From Verrucomicrobiales bacterium (GTDB lineage Bacteria > Verrucomicrobiota > Verrucomicrobiia > Verrucomicrobiales > V1-33): a stretch of DNA of 64,000 nt. Positions 39,395 to 48,950 of this stretch are shown in pieces. Position 1 is the stretch's first letter. Each line of letters opens with the position of its first letter. The stretch is taken from positions 37,384 to 101,383 of the forward strand of contig JANOAV010000028.1 in the NCBI GenBank assembly GCA_031411295.1, read 5' to 3'. The notes beneath the pieces were generated by a model. It saw only the letters and a program-made list of their open reading frames with translations, had not been told where the DNA came from and did not search any database. The position numbers and the translations under genes are program-made.

Positions 39395-39751
39395 ATGAGA
39401 TTTGACTATGGTCCGACTGGCTATTCCGCAGAAGCGGAAATTCACCCGGCAATCTTGGTGATCGCTCAGAGCATTCGTCTCGCACGCGAAGCCATGCAGA
39501 ACGCGGTGAAACATGCCGCAGCCACGGAGATCAACGTCCACCTGGCTTATACCGCCGAGCACGTGGCACTCACCATCGCTGATGATGGCTGTGGCTTTGC
39601 CCTTCCTGAAGCCGCCGGACCAGACACTGGTCACTTCGGTCTCAGCAGCATGAAAGAACGCGTGCAGCGGCTCGGCGGTAGCATCGAAATTCAGGGTTCA
39701 CCCAACCACGGAACCACCATCCGCGCCCGCATCCCCATTTCTCCCCCATGA
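39395..39751 (+). pseudogene. C-terminal HATPase fragment of a NarX-type histidine kinase
   Basis: EAMQNAVKHA, DDGCGF, HFGLSSMKERV, GT; no H-box or sensor; only 27 bp from the divergent gene. Confidence 0.65.
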
Positions 39752-40365
39752 AAACGCGCATCAAGCTCCTCCTGGCCGACGACCATGCGATTGTGCGCAT
39801 GGGATTGAAAACCGTGTTCGAGCTGGAGCCCGACCTGCAAGTAATAGCCGAAGCCGCCACCGCCGACGAAGCGGTAGCCGCTTATACCCAGAGCAAGCCG
39901 GACGTCACCCTGCTCGATCTGCGCATGCCCGGCACCGGCATCGAAGCGCTGAAGCGTATTCGAGCCAGCAATCAGCACGCCCGCATTCTCATCCTAACGA
40001 CCTCAGATCTGGAGGAGGACATCCATCGCGCCCTAGCCGCGGGAGCCAGCGGTTACGCCATGAAAAGCATCGCCCCGGAAACACTAGCCGACGCCATCCG
40101 AGCGGTGCATGCCGGGGAACGCTGGGTGCCGCAGGAAATCGCCCGCAAACTAGCAGATCGCACGGCCACCGCCGAACTTTCCCCACGCGAGACCGAAGTG
40201 CTTCACCTGTTGATCAAGGGCCTCACCAATCCCGAGATTGCCACCGCACTGGAAATTTCCTTCGGCACTGCCAAAGCCCATATCCGCGCCATCCTCGCAA
40301 AACTGCAAGTAGCCGACCGCACCGAAGCCGCCGCCGAGGCTTACCGCAGAGGCTTGGTGGAGTGA
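39748..40365 (+). CDS. NarL/LuxR family response regulator
   Basis: ADDHAIVR, LLDLRMP, LSPRETEVL. Confidence 0.95.
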   Translation: MKTRIKLLLADDHAIVRMGLKTVFELEPDLQVIAEAATADEAVAAYTQSKPDVTLLDLRMPGTGIEALKRIRASNQHARILILTTSDLEEDIHRALAAGASGYAMKSIAPETLADAIRAVHAGERWVPQEIARKLADRTATAELSPRETEVLHLLIKGLTNPEIATALEISFGTAKAHIRAILAKLQVADRTEAAAEAYRRGLVE

Positions 40366-40371
40366 CAGTCC

Positions 40372-41649
40372 TTAGAGCGTTTTGATCATCACCTTCGAAT
40401 TCCGACCGCTCTTTTCCAACTTCAACCGACGCACGGTCGGCAATTCAGCGGCATCCCAGGGCGCAAACCCAAGTTTGTGCTCAAAGTAATTGTAGGCCTG
40501 GGTGCTCAGCGCAAACAGGCGCTCCGCCTGCAAGTCCCGGGCCCGCTTCTCCGCATAACTAACCAAGCGCGTGCCATAGCCCCGGCCTTCATGAGATTTA
40601 CGGATATACAGGCAACCGATCTCCGCCAATTTCTCTTCAGGATAGTGGTGCACGGCCACCAAGCCCAGCAAATTACCATCGACCTCCAGCACAAAATAAT
40701 CCTGCAGCCGTTCCCGGATTTCCTGGCGATTCCGCATCACCAACTCTTGATCGTTCACGGCCTGCTGGATCATCGACAAGATGGCGGGAATGTCCGTGCG
40801 TTTGGCGGGACGAATCTGTTGATAAGCATCCGCATAGATCATCGTGCCCACACCCTCGTTGCTGAACAATTCTCCCAGCAAAGCTTCATCCAAGCAGCCG
40901 TCCACGAAGTGAACGCGGGGCACTCCGCTTTCGCAGGCACGGGCGGCGGTGCGCAATTGGTGCGCGCGGGCGGGACTCGCATCTTTGGATAGTTGATCAG
41001 CCAGCGTTTTGGCATCGCCCACGGAGAGTTGGCGCAGCGGCGTTTCTCCTTGTTGAAACAGCGGATCCGCCACCACGAACAGCAGTTTGGCCGCCTTCAA
41101 TTCCACGGCCACCTGACAGGCCACCGCCGATGAATTCAATCGCACGGTGCGTCCCACACGGTCATACCCTAACGGAGCGACGATGGGAATCATATCCTTG
41201 TCGATCAACGCCTGGAGCATGTGTTCCTCCACCCGATCAATCGCACCCGTATGCAGCAATTCCCGCCCACCGATCACGCCGGCGGGATGGGCGATCACCG
41301 CGTTCGTCAGGGCGGTTTGTAAATTTACCGTCGTAAGATGCTGCATCAGCAGCGAACTCACACGAGCCGTGGCATCGATGGCGATTTGCAGCGTGGCATC
41401 GTCCGTCGGCCCGATTCCGTCGTGGCTGGAAAGAGTGACCCCCAGGCGCGACGCCATTTCCCGCATCTGCTGCCGCACGCCATAGACCAGCACCACGCGA
41501 ATGCTCAGCGAATGGAGCACCGCTAAATCCATGAGCACGTTAGGGAAATTTTCGGATTCCAAAACTTCTCCCTCCAGCAAGACCACAAACGTCTGGCCAC
41601 GGAACTGGGGAACGTAGCGTAGGATGCCGCGGATATCGTCAAATTTCAT
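40372..41649 (-). CDS. argA: Amino-acid N-acetyltransferase (N-acetylglutamate synthase)
   Basis: AAK domain plus GNAT; LGELFSNEGVGTM, RNSKV. Confidence 0.93.
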   Translation of the reverse strand: MKFDDIRGILRYVPQFRGQTFVVLLEGEVLESENFPNVLMDLAVLHSLSIRVVLVYGVRQQMREMASRLGVTLSSHDGIGPTDDATLQIAIDATARVSSLLMQHLTTVNLQTALTNAVIAHPAGVIGGRELLHTGAIDRVEEHMLQALIDKDMIPIVAPLGYDRVGRTVRLNSSAVACQVAVELKAAKLLFVVADPLFQQGETPLRQLSVGDAKTLADQLSKDASPARAHQLRTAARACESGVPRVHFVDGCLDEALLGELFSNEGVGTMIYADAYQQIRPAKRTDIPAILSMIQQAVNDQELVMRNRQEIRERLQDYFVLEVDGNLLGLVAVHHYPEEKLAEIGCLYIRKSHEGRGYGTRLVSYAEKRARDLQAERLFALSTQAYNYFEHKLGFAPWDAAELPTVRRLKLEKSGRNSKVMIKTL

Positions 41650-41739
41650 CGTATATGCTTAGGAGCGCTGGGGGAAAGGAAGGAGGTGAAATGCCATAGT
41701 CGTTTTGCACGAGGAAAAATCAAGCCCTGATGCAGCCTT

Positions 41740-42756
41740 CTAGCCATGACCTTGGCGTTGCACGAGCACCCGAAACGCGCCTCCCGCTCCATCGTCGCGT
41801 TGCAGATACTCCGCCTCGCGCGATTGGTTGGCCGGAGCGAAGCGTTGCAGGAACTCGCCTTGGGAACTTTGCGACAGGGTGCACCAACCCAACGATTGTC
41901 CCCATGCCTCGAGGTCATCGAAGCACACATCGGCGGTGAGATCCTGACTGCCCATGTTTTCATAGAGGCTCACGCCTTGCTTGCGCTCGTGGCGCAGGTA
42001 GCCACGCAGGCTGCCGGCAGGACGACGGGCGTAAAGCTCGGGGAAACTTCCACCGTAATCGATCGTCAACATGGTAACCGCTTCCGCGAACGCCGACCAT
42101 TCGCCTAACCATTCGTGATAACTCCAGGGAACTTCCACCCGTTGGCCCTCTGCCGGGTTCCAAGTTTGCGTCAGAGCAACACTGGAAACCTGCTCTGGCA
42201 GCGGACGCAATGTTTCCGCCAACCGGCCTTCGCCCGTCAACTCCACCCAGACCTCCTGCCAACGACCATCGCGCCATTCGGCTAGAAGCACGGGGAAGGC
42301 ATCCACCAATTCATTGGAGTAAATGGCTGCGATGCCACCCGCTGCACGCAACGCGTCGCCCACGGAATCTGCCCATTTCACGCAGCGATATTTACCCAGA
42401 CGCTCCCGCTGCTGGGCTTGGAGGACGGGGGATTTCTCCACCAACCAGAGACACGTTTTGCGGCGGGTCCACCATCCAAGTTCTTGCAATACCGCTGCTG
42501 CCAGCAGGCCATTTCCCGGACCAACTTCGATCACATGGCGTGGTGGTCCCAGCGTGCGCAGCCAGCCAGCCACGGCCTTTCCCAGCCACGGACCCAAGGT
42601 TGCCGAGGTGGCGAAATCACCACCGCGTCCCACGGTTTTAATGCGGCGCGTATAGTAACCCTGGGCGGGATCATAGAGGGCCGCCGTCATGAAATCCTGA
42701 AACGAGACCGCGCCACCACGTGAAGCCAGGAATTGTCGTAATCTGGTGAACGGCAT
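41740..42756 (-). CDS. SAM-dependent methyltransferase, MidA/NDUFAF7 family
   Basis: FMTAALYDP..GYY, GDFAT, EVGPGNG, NELVDAFP, IDYG, DLTADV. Confidence 0.92.
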   Translation of the reverse strand: MPFTRLRQFLASRGGAVSFQDFMTAALYDPAQGYYTRRIKTVGRGGDFATSATLGPWLGKAVAGWLRTLGPPRHVIEVGPGNGLLAAAVLQELGWWTRRKTCLWLVEKSPVLQAQQRERLGKYRCVKWADSVGDALRAAGGIAAIYSNELVDAFPVLLAEWRDGRWQEVWVELTGEGRLAETLRPLPEQVSSVALTQTWNPAEGQRVEVPWSYHEWLGEWSAFAEAVTMLTIDYGGSFPELYARRPAGSLRGYLRHERKQGVSLYENMGSQDLTADVCFDDLEAWGQSLGWCTLSQSSQGEFLQRFAPANQSREAEYLQRDDGAGGAFRVLVQRQGHG

Positions 42757-42794
42757 GAGGAGGATGGCAGAGCGATCTCGGCAGGGCTAGGCAG

Positions 42795-43391
42795 TTACGC
42801 CGTGAATCCTTCCCGCAACGCCTGCACCGCCCGGGCGCGATGGCTCAGCGAATGTTTTACCGCGGATGGAAGTTGGCCAAACGTTTCGCAATAGCCTTCG
42901 GGGATGAAAAGGGGATCATAGCCGAAGCCCCCCGTGCCTTTATCTTCATTTGCCAGGATCCCCTCCACACTGCCTGCGTAGTGACCCAGCGCCTGACCGC
43001 CTTGAGCTAGGACAAGCACACAGCGAAAACGCCCGGTCCGCTCCTTGCCCCGAGCACCTGCGCGGGACAATTCGGCCAGAAGTTTCGTGCGATTATCCGC
43101 ATCGCTCGCGTTTGCTCCAGCGTAGCGGGCGCTATAAACTCCAGGCTCACCTTGGAGTGCATCCACCTCCAAACCGGAGTCGTCTGCCAGCACCAGGAAA
43201 TCCGCCCCCAGGGCCTGGCTGGCGCTGAGCGCTTTGATGGTAGCATTCTCCAGAAACGTGGTGCCGGTTTCTTCCGGAGAAACGAGGTGTGAATGATCCG
43301 ACAGATCCTGAATGATCCAAGCAGGATCAAGCAGAGCACGGAATTCTTCGGTTTTGTGGCGGTTGCCAGTTGCGATGACGACGGTGGGCAT
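42795..43391 (-). CDS. rdgB: Non-canonical purine NTP pyrophosphatase (Ham1)
   Basis: ATGNRHK, ADDSGL, PGVYSARY, GFGYDP, SHR; start taken at MPTVV. Confidence 0.94.
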   Translation of the reverse strand: MPTVVIATGNRHKTEEFRALLDPAWIIQDLSDHSHLVSPEETGTTFLENATIKALSASQALGADFLVLADDSGLEVDALQGEPGVYSARYAGANASDADNRTKLLAELSRAGARGKERTGRFRCVLVLAQGGQALGHYAGSVEGILANEDKGTGGFGYDPLFIPEGYCETFGQLPSAVKHSLSHRARAVQALREGFTA

Positions 43392-43437
43392 GGTAATACC
43401 AGCGGTGCCTGCAATATGCTGCTCGGCAAGCGATAAC

Positions 43438-45633
43438 CTACTGATCATCCGCCTCCACGGTGCCACTCCATGGGCCAGTGAGAGCAAAGGTATGTTTCTT
43501 AGCTAGCACTTTCTGCCCGATGGCGGTTTTGGCGCAGGTCTCTTTAATGGCGAAGAAGAATTCCTCCTCACGCTTTTGATCGCGCACGAACATCCAACTG
43601 CCGGCCGTATTGAGGACATCCGCTTTCTCTTTACTACCGGCTGGAAGCAAGGCCGCCGCCTTCTTGGCCAGGGCGGCCGCCACCCAGCGGTAATGGTGGC
43701 GGTATTCGTAGGAAAGAACGTTTTTCGCCAATCGTTTCTTCTCTTCTGCGCTCGGAGGCACGCTGAATTTCACCTTCATGAACTTCTTGGGGAGTTTGGT
43801 GACGTCATCCCCCGTATCTTCGGAATCGCGATAGTCAGGCTGCTGCCCGGTGCGCCGAAGCTGATGCAGGGAGGATAATTCAAATGATCCATCCTGCCAC
43901 GCGTTGTCTGGTCCGGCTTCGGTGGCGAAGAGTTCCAGGCCGGCATGGCGGGCGATCCAAGCCGCTTCCCACCAGGCCCGGGCGCGTTCGAGCGGCGGAG
44001 ATTTGGTGCTGCTGGCTTGGTTGAGGGCGGCCAAATAGGCCTCCAGCACGGGTTGGACTACCGTTGGGAAATACGGTTTGGCCGCAGCCTCCTGATCCTC
44101 GCGCACCATGCGTCGCGCCAGTAGCCAGCGCAGGCGCAGGGCCGCATCGGCTTGGATCTCCGGGGAATCGAATGATTGTTCCTGACGACTCACCGCATGT
44201 TCGAGTCGGGAGAAGGCCCCGTAATCCGTAAAGTTTGACATCCCGGCAGCTTCCGGAGCCGCTGGAACGCTGACTTTGATAACTTTGCTGAGGGTTGAAA
44301 AATCTGGATACACGCTCTGTTTCTCAGGGGCTTTGGGAAAGTTAGTGGCCACGTAATCCTGGAGTTCCTTGAGGGTTAAGATGCGCTCCGCCACGTAGGC
44401 TGCGTCCATCCAATGGCCGGATTGCATGAAGCTGGCGAGGGCTTCGGGGAATTTATCCTTGCTCAACAGCACCGCGCCCTGATCCGCCAGAGCGGCCGCG
44501 TGGGGCAGCGGCACATAGCCATCCGATCCTATTTCCAGTGCCCCAGTCTCGGTCGTCAATTGCGTGACCTTGGCCATGGCTTGCTCCGCTACAGCAGTAT
44601 CGCCCGCGCGCAGGGCGAACTTTGCCTTCAACCAAGCGGTCAGCGCGGTTTCCTTGGGGGCTAATTTCAACCAGCGCTGTGCTTGATCATACGCCGCTTC
44701 ACGGTAGGCCAGCCAAGCAAGACGATCTGCTTCCTCCACGGCAGGCTTGGTTTTTTCCATGAGTTGCAACCACTTTGACACCTCGGAATTTGCCTCCCGT
44801 CCCGATTCGGCGGCATAGCGATTATTGGCGTCGAAACCATAGGCCAGATGCCAGCGCGTGATGACTTGGCGCATCAGCGGGTCTGCGGTCAATTTCGTCC
44901 AGGCGCTGTGATCCGCTTCCGCCGGGGCATTGGGATCATCCGAGGGGGCCTCGCCAGGCATCGTGTGACGAATGGAACTAAGGGCATGCTTGTCACCCGT
45001 GGCCAACTGCCGCAAATAGAGTCCAATGGCCTTGGAGGGATCTGAACTCTTGTAAACAAAAGCCTCCCAGCCGTAGCTGGCGGCCGCCAATCCTTGTTCA
45101 TCCTGATACCCCGCAGCGGCTAACTTCCGGGCCGCTTGAAAATGAGCCGGGGCTTCGTCGGGCTTCTCGTCCTTGATGGCCAGACGTCCCAGCATGTATT
45201 CCGCCCACACGGAGCGCGCTGGCCGGTTAGCTTCCGGCAGCGCCAGCAACTCTTGCCAAGCCTTGGCCGCCGCAGCCAAATCCCCAGCATGATAAGCGTC
45301 TGCCCCCACTTGGTAGAGTTTGCCTTCCGCAGTATCCAAAGTCAATTTCGGCTTGGCTGGCTGCGCAGGCTTGGCATCGGGATCGATGTCCTCCGCAGGT
45401 TCGTCGAGGGTTGGAACGTGCTTTTCTTTCACGCCGAACTGCTTGGCCAGATCCTTCATCTCAAACTCAAACCAAAACTCAGGCGCGGCAATGGCGGCAT
45501 ATTCCGTGTCCTCCAGTAAAAACAATGAGTTAAAATTACCCGTGGCCTGGGCCTGCGGCACTGTTCCCAAGGTAAACCCGGCTAGCAGGAGGGTGGGTAG
45601 GAGGCGGTTGGTGAAGCAAAATGATGAGGGCAT
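43438..45633 (-). CDS. Secreted TPR-like alpha-helical hypothetical protein
   Basis: Signal peptide; TPR-like helices (WAEYMLGRL, AYVAERILT). Confidence 0.75.
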   Translation of the reverse strand: MPSSFCFTNRLLPTLLLAGFTLGTVPQAQATGNFNSLFLLEDTEYAAIAAPEFWFEFEMKDLAKQFGVKEKHVPTLDEPAEDIDPDAKPAQPAKPKLTLDTAEGKLYQVGADAYHAGDLAAAAKAWQELLALPEANRPARSVWAEYMLGRLAIKDEKPDEAPAHFQAARKLAAAGYQDEQGLAAASYGWEAFVYKSSDPSKAIGLYLRQLATGDKHALSSIRHTMPGEAPSDDPNAPAEADHSAWTKLTADPLMRQVITRWHLAYGFDANNRYAAESGREANSEVSKWLQLMEKTKPAVEEADRLAWLAYREAAYDQAQRWLKLAPKETALTAWLKAKFALRAGDTAVAEQAMAKVTQLTTETGALEIGSDGYVPLPHAAALADQGAVLLSKDKFPEALASFMQSGHWMDAAYVAERILTLKELQDYVATNFPKAPEKQSVYPDFSTLSKVIKVSVPAAPEAAGMSNFTDYGAFSRLEHAVSRQEQSFDSPEIQADAALRLRWLLARRMVREDQEAAAKPYFPTVVQPVLEAYLAALNQASSTKSPPLERARAWWEAAWIARHAGLELFATEAGPDNAWQDGSFELSSLHQLRRTGQQPDYRDSEDTGDDVTKLPKKFMKVKFSVPPSAEEKKRLAKNVLSYEYRHHYRWVAAALAKKAAALLPAGSKEKADVLNTAGSWMFVRDQKREEEFFFAIKETCAKTAIGQKVLAKKHTFALTGPWSGTVEADDQ

Positions 45634-45732
45634 AGCTGGGGCGGTTAAAGTTGCGAATGCATACTGCAACTAGATGAATAATGAAAGCGACGTTTTAGCG
45701 GATGATTCTCCAGCCCGCGTTTTCCTGCACCA

Positions 45733-47088
45733 TCATTTCCCGTTGAGTAACTGCAAGACCGCCTGCTTGCGGGCGGGATCATGGATCGTTTGCGCCCACT
45801 GGCGGGCCGCGTTGGGGTCTTCCGATTTCAACTCCTTAACATAAGCTACTGCTGCATCGTCATAGAGCGGAGACTGCGGATGCGCATTGAGCCATTCTCC
45901 GGGTGCCCCCAGATCGGCTTTGACCCAGGCGGAAACGATACCGGGAACCGTTGCGGTTAAGCGTGGCCGCTGACTACCGAGACTGGCTACGTAGTCCATG
46001 GCTTGGCCTGGTTGGCTGCCAGCCGAGGCTAACGCTAACGCACTGGTGCTTAATACTCGATCCGAAACATCCGTGGGATTCGCGAAATATCCCGCCGCCA
46101 ATTGGCCGAGTCGCAGCGGAAGCTTGCCGAATTCCCCGTGTTCCAATTCATGCAGGTCAGCCGCTTGTTTCACCGCCCGATATTGGGCAGAATCTTTGCC
46201 CAGCGTGGCTTCTGTTTGTTGCAGCCAAGTGGGAACCGGATTGAGGCCTGACTCCCATCTGATCACGTCGCGCAGATTGGTCGCGATTTGATTCCAATAA
46301 GCCTCCGGTAAGGTTTGAAACAGACCTTCCAAGCTCGCTCGATTCCGCCCCGCCATGGCTTGGAACAGGCCAATGCCCATGCCGTCCTTGTAGCGACCAT
46401 CCGGTAGCGTTAGGAAGAATTGCTTGGCGGCCTCGGCGTCTTTGGTCGCCCAGCCCTGCATCGCCCAACGAGCGGAATAACATTCATAGCCCATCAATGG
46501 ATCGCCTGGACGGAATTTTTCCATCGCTGCCTTCGCTCCGACGTCCCCAATCTTGGCCATCATTGCCTCCCAAGCACCGGGGCCCAAATCTTTGCCATAC
46601 AGGTTCTGCAAAACACCTTCAAAAGTCTCGTCCCAATTCTCCGCTGTGATGTCCCCCACGAACAACTTAAACTCCGCCGCGAGCGATGCCTTATCCTTAA
46701 TCTTCGCCATAACTGCAGTCCGCTCCCGCATGGCCGCAGGTGTGGTTAGTGGATTGATGGCCATTTCCTTGGTGGCTGCGTTTCCTGACATTCCGGCTTC
46801 GTCTGTAGCAGCACTTGCTCCTCCGACCGCATTTGCTCCTGTTGCTGCGGTGGGTGGTCCGACTCCACCAGTCGTTGGTCCAGCGCCAGCTGCCGCACCC
46901 CTATCAGTCGTCGATCCACCATCGTTCGTGCCGGTAATGCGCTCCTGAATCGAGCGTCCCATGCTGGCCACCGCCACGGAAACTTTCCGCCACAACGGAC
47001 CGGTGCCACCTTGCTGCGCAGCCCCTAGAATCAGGGCTCCCGTGGCGAGTGCTGCTACTACCAGCAAGCGTGGTGTGGTGATTTTCAT
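45733..47088 (-). CDS. Alpha-helical repeat hypothetical protein (WxxxD repeats)
   Basis: N-terminal hydrophobic segment, low-complexity linker, WATKDAEAA, DPNAARQWAQTI. Confidence 0.75.
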   Translation of the reverse strand: MKITTPRLLVVAALATGALILGAAQQGGTGPLWRKVSVAVASMGRSIQERITGTNDGGSTTDRGAAAGAGPTTGGVGPPTAATGANAVGGASAATDEAGMSGNAATKEMAINPLTTPAAMRERTAVMAKIKDKASLAAEFKLFVGDITAENWDETFEGVLQNLYGKDLGPGAWEAMMAKIGDVGAKAAMEKFRPGDPLMGYECYSARWAMQGWATKDAEAAKQFFLTLPDGRYKDGMGIGLFQAMAGRNRASLEGLFQTLPEAYWNQIATNLRDVIRWESGLNPVPTWLQQTEATLGKDSAQYRAVKQAADLHELEHGEFGKLPLRLGQLAAGYFANPTDVSDRVLSTSALALASAGSQPGQAMDYVASLGSQRPRLTATVPGIVSAWVKADLGAPGEWLNAHPQSPLYDDAAVAYVKELKSEDPNAARQWAQTIHDPARKQAVLQLLNGK

Positions 47089-47202
47089 GGTAAGCTTTGT
47101 TACTTAGCCTAAACCCAGATTCCCTTCCGTGTAAATCAATTCAGAATTCTTTTGCGTGAGGAAACTTTCCTCCGCGAACATCGAAAGTTGTGACCTCAAG
47201 TG

Positions 47203-47347
47203 CCATGGACTTCAGTGGTCAGGGATTGATCGTTGGCACCACTACGGTAATCCCTGAGTGCTCTGCGTTGCTCTCAGGAGGAATGTTTTTCATGCTGACC
47301 GGGCTGCGCAGGAGCCGAGCGCTCGGCTAGTGACTGAACGTCCTTGG
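47203..47347. repeat. Degenerate REP-like inverted element with internal palindromes
   Basis: CCATGGACTTCAGT...ACTGAACGTCCTTGG; perfect AGCCGAGCGCTCGGCT at 47313-47328. Confidence 0.4.
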
Positions 47348-47446
47348 AAGCAAGCCCCGCGCTCCACGGACCAGGGATGGCTAGGCCAACTACAGTCGCC
47401 TGCAGGAGTTGTGAAATGGGACGGATTTTCATGAAGCGATTAAGGT

Positions 47447-48793
47447 TCAGTTGCGGATCGTAAACTTTAGCGGCTGGCGACTGTCATTTCCAGCCATGCG
47501 CAGCCACCCCAGCGGTTTCTTTCCGTGCGGTGGCAGAATGTAATGGGAAAATCCCGCCGCGCGACGAAAAATGACCTCCGGGGCTTGGGCCGCGTTTTGG
47601 TCCAGCGTGTATCCTGTGAGGGCATCGCCTGCGGAGACGGAGGTGCCCGGCGGCAACGTGATCTGGATTTCCTGGGGCCAGGGCATTTCGGCTTCGCCCG
47701 TGTTTTGCAGGGTGAGATCCACTGGGTTCTCGCCTTGCTGGGAAACTTCGATTTGCTCCGCCGGGGCGCGGCCCTGCATGACTGGCGTTAGGGTGAGCCA
47801 TGACCAGTTGCGCTGGTCCCCGGCCACCGGTAAACGATACCAGAGCAGGCCAGTCAAATTTGCCGGGCGATCCGCCGTCCAGTTATGAACCAACTGCGCA
47901 ATCTCCGCGGCGGGCGACATGTAGGTGACCACCCTGGTGCCAGCAGGCCAGGCGCGCGCTGGCCCCTCGGAGTCGAGCCCGATGATTTTCCCCTCCGCAT
48001 TGAATCCCACCGCGGTGCGATACGTCGGCAGTGCCACTCGAAAGGGCACCCCCAGCGCAGCCGCCTGCGCCACCCAACGCTGCACCGAGCTGGCTTCCAG
48101 GAGTTTCGGCGTGGGATCGTCCACCCGGGCCCGCTCAATTCCATGGACTTGCAGCACGAAACGCTGCGTCTGTGCCGCCATGGCCTTGAGTTCCGGTGCG
48201 CGCAGCCAATCCGGCAGGGCCGTAAAGGAAACTGGCAAGGGCGCCACGGCTTGCTGGAAAGCGGTCAGCCACGTGTGATAGCCGGAAAGTTTGCTGGTGG
48301 CGGCATCGAAGTCGATCTGCAATTCAGACGGTTGCCAGCCAGCCTTGCGGGCATCTGCGAGGCAAGTTGTGGCAAAGGAAAGCAACTGCTGAGCTACCGC
48401 ATCATCCGCCGCAAACGGCCCGGCGTAAGGCCCGATGCGCAGGGCCAGACCCGGTGCCTGCTTTTGGCTGGCCAGCAGGGCGTAGTCTAATTTAGGCCGC
48501 ACTATCTCCGGCACTTTCCCGTTCCACACCACTTCCCCCGCCAGCACGGAAAATCCCGCCACCCGATCCTGGGCCGTGCGCAAACCCGCCACCACCGCAG
48601 GCGTCCAGACGCGTTGCCAGACATACATTTCCTGCGGCATGGGAGCAGTCGCATGGCTAACGGGAGGCACCGCCGGGGTAATGGATTTCGTCGGTTTGCA
48701 AGCCAGCAGACTCACGCCGACGACCACCACCAAGCAGCAAGACCACAAATTGGTCCGTTTGCGGAATCGAGTGAATGGAATCGGCGGGCACAT
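47447..48793 (-). CDS. DUF3142 family lipoprotein
   Basis: LLAC lipobox; YVWQRVWT, LQIDFD, TALPDW, VLQVH, VALPTY; start uncertain. Confidence 0.8.
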   Translation of the reverse strand: MCPPIPFTRFRKRTNLWSCCLVVVVGVSLLACKPTKSITPAVPPVSHATAPMPQEMYVWQRVWTPAVVAGLRTAQDRVAGFSVLAGEVVWNGKVPEIVRPKLDYALLASQKQAPGLALRIGPYAGPFAADDAVAQQLLSFATTCLADARKAGWQPSELQIDFDAATSKLSGYHTWLTAFQQAVAPLPVSFTALPDWLRAPELKAMAAQTQRFVLQVHGIERARVDDPTPKLLEASSVQRWVAQAAALGVPFRVALPTYRTAVGFNAEGKIIGLDSEGPARAWPAGTRVVTYMSPAAEIAQLVHNWTADRPANLTGLLWYRLPVAGDQRNWSWLTLTPVMQGRAPAEQIEVSQQGENPVDLTLQNTGEAEMPWPQEIQITLPPGTSVSAGDALTGYTLDQNAAQAPEVIFRRAAGFSHYILPPHGKKPLGWLRMAGNDSRQPLKFTIRN

Positions 48794-48950
48794 ACTGCGC
48801 CAATCCTAGCGCGAGATATGCATTGCACAAGGTCAGAGCGTGACATCTTGGAATTCGGAATTTGCTAGGTATCACTCGGAGCCGCCGAATCCTATTTCCC
48901 CTGCTTTGTGTAGTTGATTTAGCTCCAATCGGCACCACGATGGGCGGGAC

